From positions 1,280,001 to 1,344,000 of the forward strand of contig CAVTNB010000001.1 in assembly GCA_963736005.1 (NCBI GenBank): a DNA stretch of 64,000 bases, given 5' to 3'. Below the pieces are notes generated by a model. The model searched no databases. It saw only the letters and a program-made list of their open reading frames with translations, and had not been told where the DNA came from. This stretch comes from an uncultured Pseudomonadota bacterium. GTDB lineage: Bacteria; Vulcanimicrobiota; Vulcanimicrobiia; Eremiobacterales; Eremiobacteraceae. Below are positions 58,325 to 64,000 of the stretch, piece by piece (position 1 is the first letter of the stretch; every line of letters starts with the position of its first letter). Both the position numbers and the translations under genes were made by a program.

Positions 58325-59086
58325 TTAAGGTTTGGCAGCAGCGAGAATCACCTCATCGGCGTCTCGGAGAAGCACATCGACGGACTCAAAACCCGCGTCT
58401 CTCAAAACCCCGACCCAACCAGATACCGGCATGCCGTCGCCTAAATGCGAACCTCGGGAGCCCAAGAGCTTCGTGTGATCGTAACCAAGAATTTCGTTCG
58501 CCCGGCTCCAGAACCGTTCCCAGTTCTCTCGGCTGTAACGGCTCGACTGCCGCGACTTCCACTCGGCGAATCCGGCGGCGAACGTTGGCTCGCTGCAGGC
58601 AGGCTCAGCGAACAAAAACACACCGCCGTGGCGGAGCAGTCGGAACACATCTTTGAATAATTCGCAGACGCGTCGCGCGTCGAGCCAATGAAGGGCGTTT
58701 GCCGTAGCGACCACATCGTAGTCGCGTTCCAAGCCCCTGCACCAATCAGCGTCCCATAAGTCGCGTACGAAACTCTGACCTGAAACGCCTTCGCGCCGAT
58801 TCGTCGCTATGCATATCGAGATCAGGAACACGTCGCGATCGAGGCAATCGATCCGTGACTTGGGATAGCGCGCGCGAACGGCTCGCCCGACGTCCCCAGG
58901 ACCGCAACCCAAATCTAAAACGCGAAGAGTCGCGTCTTTGGAAAAAGGAATCGCAGCGGCCATCAGGTCGAGGTCACGGCGCTTCTCGGCGCCTTGCTCG
59001 GTCCGCCACAGTTCCAACAACTCGTCGAGATTCTTATTGCTGAGCTTCTTCTCGATCTGAGCCTGCGTAAGCGACATCGAAAACAC
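58325..59086 (-). CDS. Class I SAM-dependent methyltransferase
   Basis: VLDLGCGPG, YDVV...ALHWL, L..GGVF. Confidence 0.88.
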   Translation of the reverse strand: MFSMSLTQAQIEKKLSNKNLDELLELWRTEQGAEKRRDLDLMAAAIPFSKDATLRVLDLGCGPGDVGRAVRARYPKSRIDCLDRDVFLISICIATNRREGVSGQSFVRDLWDADWCRGLERDYDVVATANALHWLDARRVCELFKDVFRLLRHGGVFLFAEPACSEPTFAAGFAEWKSRQSSRYSRENWERFWSRANEILGYDHTKLLGSRGSHLGDGMPVSGWVGVLRDAGFESVDVLLRDADEVILAAAKP

Positions 59087-59361
59087 CCTTGCTCTGCTGG
59101 GGCTTCCCCTGCGTAGTCTCGCCCTACCTTCTAAGACAAGTCACGCGTGATATGGGCCCCGTAGTTCGTAATACAGCGATTCGAATACTGATTCGAATGT
59201 CATGGAATGCTGTTCGCATTGACCGGACGTTTCGTCAATCTTCGAATTGCGTTGAACTTCCCAGCACACTACGCCAAAGTGCAGGCAAGTTTGAATTAAC
59301 CTCGTTCCGTTCCCGACCTCTACGTTGAAAGGAAGGAACGACGGCATGTCAGGCGGGGGCG

Positions 59362-60775
59362 CTACTTGTTCGGGACGCAGCTTCCGCTATTGGCATCCCA
59401 CGTGTCTTTGGCTCCACACGTTGTCGGAACCCATTTGACTGCCCCGGTTGGCAGGGTGATGCGGAGATGCCGGTTACTATTATTGTTGTCGGTCAACAGG
59501 TTGATCTTCGGGTCGCTAAGACTCCCATAGTTCATACTCACGAATCTGCCGGTTCCCTTGGTACCGTCGCCCGTGATCACATCGGCGGACCCGTGCATCG
59601 TCACCGGCGAGAAAATGGGCCACTCTCCCGCATGCTTGGAGTCATCTTCGATGATGAATTCCGTCTGCCAGCCGAGCTTGCCGTTGCCCAGGTCGCCGGC
59701 ATTGAGCTTGTAGGACGGGCAGTCTGAGCTTGCGGCCTTATCGCATTCCCATTGTGCGTGTTGGGTGATGTCGACCATGTTCGTGCACTCGTAGCCACCG
59801 TTAAGATCCAAGGCTCCCTTGGCGTTGCAATACCACTCCTCGATGGAGATGTGGTCGCCGGTCTGAGGAGTGAATCTTGTTCCTGCGGTGTCGGTGTGCC
59901 CGCGGTGCTTGTCAAACGATTGGTGGTGAATCCCAAAGTATGCGATCGTCGCTGTGGTATTAACATCGACGATGGCTTGGAAAACATTGTCGAGCCCGTT
60001 CCATATCGTCGCCGCGGCAGTGGGACCGGGCGATAACTTTGGGACGACGAGGGTCGCCGAACTCGACCCGTAACTGATCGTCTCAGCGGCCGTCGCCTTC
60101 TTTTGGAAGGAACCATAAAGCACGGCCCCGGTCCAGCCAACCGACGGTTTCTTGTGGACACTTTCTGGGGGGTCCACGGCTCGGCTGAGGTAAGGCTGGC
60201 GCGAGATCGGGAACCACACCAAAGTCCGGTCACTACGGAGCTTGTACACCGGCACGCTCGCCGCAGCCAGCCATGCTTGGTACGCGTCGGGATTTTTTGT
60301 CGGATCGGGGCGCAGTCCGTAGCCTGCCTTTAGCAGTTCTTCCGGCGTGAAGCGACGCGGGTCGCCGGTCAGTGCCGGCCGAACCGCCAGAGTCGTGCGC
60401 GATCCGTCAAACGGGCGCGGTTTGAAAGTCACCTCCGAGCGAAGATCGACGGGATAGGTCTTGGCCTGTTGATTGGCATCAGTGCAATCGAGCGTCAACC
60501 GCTCGACGCTGTTCGTCAGCGTCGGACGCACCGCGAGAAAGCGGACCACGCTATCCTCATCCGCATAGACGTGGATAGACTCGTTCGGGTCCTGGTTCCC
60601 CTCGGGGTGAAGGATGCAGTTGCTGTCTGCGGGGGCATCGACTGACGCCTGCTCAAATTGAGCATGACCGGCAGGCATTGCGGCCGGCTTTGCGGCGGCG
60701 GAAACCAGCAGACCCAAGAGCACCACGATTGCGCAAACTGACGCCGTAGCGACGGGAGGAACCGTAGCGTTCCAT
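59362..60775 (-). CDS. Secreted G1/A4 glutamic peptidase-like protein (N-terminal frameshift suspected)
   Basis: YGLRPDP pro-region, GWTGAVL, IWNGLD..FQA, TEFIIED; the best RBS (GAGGAGG) plus ATG 60775 is 1 nt out of frame with the body. Confidence 0.6.
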
Positions 60776-61102
60776 AGTACGCCTCCTCTGACTCGGAAGT
60801 TCCTTGGCGAAACCGGTTCCTTCTTTGCAGCCGGGACCCTCTCCGGCTGGCTTCCATCGCTAACTACGCGCCTGCGCAGTCGCCAACTGGAGCGAATGTT
60901 TGTCGGCCCGATCAAAACCGGACGTTGAGGAGCAATTATGTAGTATCAATTCTAATCAATTCCCGCTCAATTCAATCCAACGCAAACAACTGAACTTTTT
61001 TTGCTCTGATTTTTATGGCTGTTGTATGAGCTATAGTTCTGACCTAAAGGGCCGCGCGCAGGGTCTCCCTAACGGCTGAACCGCCGACAGGAGGGCCTGA
61101 CC

Positions 61103-61663
61103 ATGTCTTGGGAAGCAATGACCGCTATAGGAACCTTCATTACATCTTTTGTACTCGCAGCCGCCGCCATCGCCGCTATAATACAACTTCGCCATACGCG
61201 TGGAAGTAATCAAATAATCGCGTTGACCGAATGTCGTGAGACGATAGAATCGCGCGAGTTTAGCGAATCCCAACGATTCGTCTCGTTCGAATTGCCGAAG
61301 CGATTTGGAGACGTAGGCGAGTGCCGAAAAATGGCGGTGCTTCCATTTTCGGGAGAATACGAGGCAATAGGGACGGTTGCAAACTTCTTTGAGAGCATGG
61401 GCTTGTTCGTAAAAACGGGAATCATCGACCGCCGGATCGCCTGTGATTTTTGGTCGTATATCGTGATACGCAATTGGAGCGCGCTCTTGCCGATAACGAC
61501 GTATGTGCGGTACAAGCTAGCAGCGCCGCAGCTTTGGGAAAACTTTGAGTACCTAGCAGCGCTGTCGAAGCGGTACATGGACGAAAATGCGAGCGGTTAT
61601 CCCGCAGGGGTGCCGCATATGCCCGAAGACCGGTCGCTGATCGACGCGATCGATCCCGAATGA
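61103..61663 (+). CDS. DUF4760-like membrane-anchored protein
   Basis: AGGAGG RBS; N-terminal TM then QL; NFFESMG..VK.GIID; WENFEYLA. Confidence 0.7.
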   Translation: MSWEAMTAIGTFITSFVLAAAAIAAIIQLRHTRGSNQIIALTECRETIESREFSESQRFVSFELPKRFGDVGECRKMAVLPFSGEYEAIGTVANFFESMGLFVKTGIIDRRIACDFWSYIVIRNWSALLPITTYVRYKLAAPQLWENFEYLAALSKRYMDENASGYPAGVPHMPEDRSLIDAIDPE

Positions 61664-61674
61664 ACCGGCGTGTA

Positions 61675-61693
61675 AATAATGATAATCATTCAG
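61675..61693. promoter_or_regulatory. Fur-box-like sequence
   Basis: AATAATGATAATCATTCAG matches the classical GATAATGATAATCATTATC at 15/19, all contiguous. Confidence 0.4.
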
Positions 61694-62089
61694 GGGTCGT
61701 CCCTTGCATCTGTCAGAAGTGAATTGAACCCTTATTGCGCAATTGCGGCCCAAGAAGCCCTTCTTCTCCAGTTTCCGCCACCACGAACCTGGGTCGCCAT
61801 CTTCACGAGCAGCGGCGTTGACACGACGATGGAAAGTGGTCGTTGACTGTCCCAGAATCCGACGCAAACACGTCCGGTGGTCACGCGCAAACGTCTTGCG
61901 GTTATCCGTGGGAGTCGTTGAGCAAACGTTCCGGCTCCCGTTCAATTTAGCCAATGCGAACCAATCGAATAATCGCTCGATCTACACGCGAACCTGTATC
62001 CAATTCGGCGACTGCCTGGGGGAGCGGGCGCTCGCCCACCAGAACGAAGCCGGACTTAGTCCGATTCACCTGCGGAAAGGAGCCAGGGG

Positions 62090-62566
62090 ATGAAGAGCGT
62101 TAAACTTGCCGTTATGGCAATAACGGTTCTGATGGCCGTCGTGTGCGCGCCGTGGAGAGCGACCGCGGCGGATAATAGCGCCGTGATGGCGGTAGTCAAC
62201 GGTGCCGTCGCATCCTTCAACAAGGGCGATATGAAGACGTGGGAGACGTTTTGCACCTCGCCTGCATCCATAGTCTCCAATGTCCCGCCTTACCAGTATT
62301 ACGGCTCGACGGCATGTGCCGATTGGTGGACCTCGCACGCCGCTTATGATAAGAAAAATGGAATTTCAGGTGAGGTGGTGGTGCTGGGATCTGTCTGGCA
62401 CAGCGAGGTGACCGGCAACCGTGCCTACGTCGCGTTCCCCGCCAGCTACACGTTCAAACAGAAGGGCAAGACGGTCAAGACATCGGGTAATGCCCTCACG
62501 ATCGCACTACAGAAAACTGCAACAGGTTGGCTGATGACCGGTTGGTCTTGGGCGCAACACCCTTAG
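62090..62566 (+). CDS. Secreted NTF2/SnoaL-fold protein
   Basis: Signal peptide; FNKGD, PPY...G..A..W, GNRAYV..PA.Y, L.K...GW....W.W. Confidence 0.75.
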   Translation: MKSVKLAVMAITVLMAVVCAPWRATAADNSAVMAVVNGAVASFNKGDMKTWETFCTSPASIVSNVPPYQYYGSTACADWWTSHAAYDKKNGISGEVVVLGSVWHSEVTGNRAYVAFPASYTFKQKGKTVKTSGNALTIALQKTATGWLMTGWSWAQHP

Positions 62567-62592
62567 ACCAGACCGTGCCCGATGGAGGCGCC

Positions 62593-63411
62593 ATGCGCAC
62601 TCGTGGTTGGAAATCTCTCGCGATCACCGGCCTGTTGCTGGTCTCGTCGCTGCCCGCGCTCGCGCAACCGGGCGACATCTACGAAAGCGGGTCCGGTCAA
62701 AATCAGAATAGCCAAACGTTTAAGCTTGAGATCTCGCAAGCCACGGCCGACTTGCATCACGGTCTCGCGATCGAGATCGAGGCCGAGCGCATCACCTCCG
62801 GTGCCGAAGACATTTGGAAACGGTCATCGCCGACGGTCGCGAAATACGAGCCGCCGTGCTACACCTACTACAATTCGTCGCACAATCTCATTCCCGAGCT
62901 CAACGCTGAGTTTCTCGCCCACGACTACGCCGGCGCCAACGAGACCGCGAAACAGGCTGCCGAATTTCTCAACCAAGCCGACAAGTGCTCCAACAAACCG
63001 CAAATCGCTCAAAATAGACCCGACAACCCAGCCTGGGGACCGTACTACGTACCACGCCCGGGCGAAACCCCACCACAGGGTGCGCAGCCCACTAACAATA
63101 CGACCCCCGCAGATCCGGACCGGGAACCGTTGCCGCCGTCGAAGTCGGCGGGGGGACACACTTACAAAAAAATTCTGCACCAACCCACTTGGCTCACACC
63201 CTATTCGACATCTGACGGAGATATCTACCCTTACCGCTTTGACAACGGCGACATCGGTGAGTTTCCGGCACATTACGCGGGTTATGCACTCAACGGCAGG
63301 TTTACACCGCAATTGAAATACGTTAGTGGCAGCGCGGCCCAGGCGATGGCGCAGTATTACAGTAAAATTGAATACCGACTTTACGCAGGCACGCTTATCA
63401 TCCCGAAGTAG
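62593..63411 (+). CDS. Secreted hypothetical protein with Pro-rich linker
   Basis: GGAGG RBS and ATG 62593; signal peptide ending ALA; no family recognised. Confidence 0.65.
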   Translation: MRTRGWKSLAITGLLLVSSLPALAQPGDIYESGSGQNQNSQTFKLEISQATADLHHGLAIEIEAERITSGAEDIWKRSSPTVAKYEPPCYTYYNSSHNLIPELNAEFLAHDYAGANETAKQAAEFLNQADKCSNKPQIAQNRPDNPAWGPYYVPRPGETPPQGAQPTNNTTPADPDREPLPPSKSAGGHTYKKILHQPTWLTPYSTSDGDIYPYRFDNGDIGEFPAHYAGYALNGRFTPQLKYVSGSAAQAMAQYYSKIEYRLYAGTLIIPK

Positions 63412-63534
63412 GCAGCGCGCCCAATCTCGCGCACGCGCTCAAGGGTTTCCGTGCGTGGTGCTTTTTTACACGGTCGCGAGCGTTCGACCACAAGCCCCAC
63501 TAATGTTGCTAGGTTTTGGTTTTGGGGCGGCAAA

Positions 63535-64000
63535 CTAGAGCGGGGCGTTGTATGTCAACTGAACCAAGAACTCTCCGCTCCATTTGGTTTCAAGGTTAGC
63601 TTGACCCCAGGCGCTCTGTCCGACATACATGTCTGTGATTTTCCAGTCTGCAGGGTGTGGATCCATCATCCCATCGGGAGAGCCCCCACTGATGAGAGCT
63701 TTCAAGCGAGGGGCGATGTTAATGGTATCCATCGTGATCGAGTCCCCTGGATTGAGGAGACTATATCCATAGCTGGTGATGGGATCGCCAATACAGTACG
63801 GATTTGAGATGCCGCAAAAGAATTCAACATTAACGCCAGTGTGACAGCCTGCCCCCGTGTCGGTGCCTGGGTAGCATTCTAAACCGAGTTCCAGTTGGTA
63901 AAAAAGAGTTTGGCCTGTTGTGGAGCTGAGAATGAGAGACGCTATGACCTGACTTTGATTGACCCCGCATTCTACGCCCGACGTGGGTTGGAATGCTGTC
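63535..64000 (-). CDS. C-terminal part of a hypothetical, probably extracellular protein (runs off the window)
   Basis: Frame of ORF 63535-63732 stays open to the window edge (TAFQPTSGVECG...WKITDMYVGQSAWG...). Confidence 0.6.
   Translation of the reverse strand, partial: TAFQPTSGVECGVNQSQVIASLILSSTTGQTLFYQLELGLECYPGTDTGAGCHTGVNVEFFCGISNPYCIGDPITSYGYSLLNPGDSITMDTINIAPRLKALISGGSPDGMMDPHPADWKITDMYVGQSAWGQANLETKWSGEFLVQLTYNAPL

Noticed and set aside
59141..59347. 68 aa minus-strand ORF and hairpins between the methyltransferase and G1-like genes
   Set aside because: No RBS or recognisable family; could be gene debris, with too little support to call.
1..64000. CRISPR array, rRNA, integrase or transposase genes
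   Set aside because: No regularly spaced repeat-spacer units, rRNA signatures or recombinase motifs seen. The REP copies are dispersed, not arrayed.

Overview
High-GC bacterial chromosomal window. Gene order and protein style are Terrabacteria-like; Ca. Eremiobacterota/Vulcanimicrobiota is my unverified guess. Most of it is minus-strand housekeeping backbone: rpsF-ssb-rpsR-rplI-dnaB; secD-secF-CDF, apt, relA-usp-dtd-alr; modABC; glyS-ppdK-dgt-dnaG-rpoD; rlmN, UDG, prfB with its programmed +1 frameshift. Accessory tracts lie at about 6-11.6 kb and 55.8-64 kb and hold several secreted proteases and hypotheticals. Main points of interest: (1) a compact flagellar-type export-gate operon (fliN, fliP, fliQ, fliR, flhB, flhA) with well-conserved gate proteins but strongly eroded, still-open rod/hook-like and FliM-like genes, and no other flagellar genes in the window; (2) a 2.7 kb integrase-less island bounded by a 32 bp duplication of the tRNA-Thr(CGT) 3' end; (3) about 350 nt of intergenic DNA beside that tRNA that folds by eye into three long G-U-containing stems, a candidate unannotated ncRNA; (4) two families of GTAG-type REP palindromes; (5) a PPDK with an apparent ~150 aa Lys/Ala-rich N-terminal extension. 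The 41.2-53.4 kb stretch has many frameshifts, including in essential genes, most likely sequencing or assembly errors. All calls come from motif recognition and by-eye folding; no searches or computations were run.
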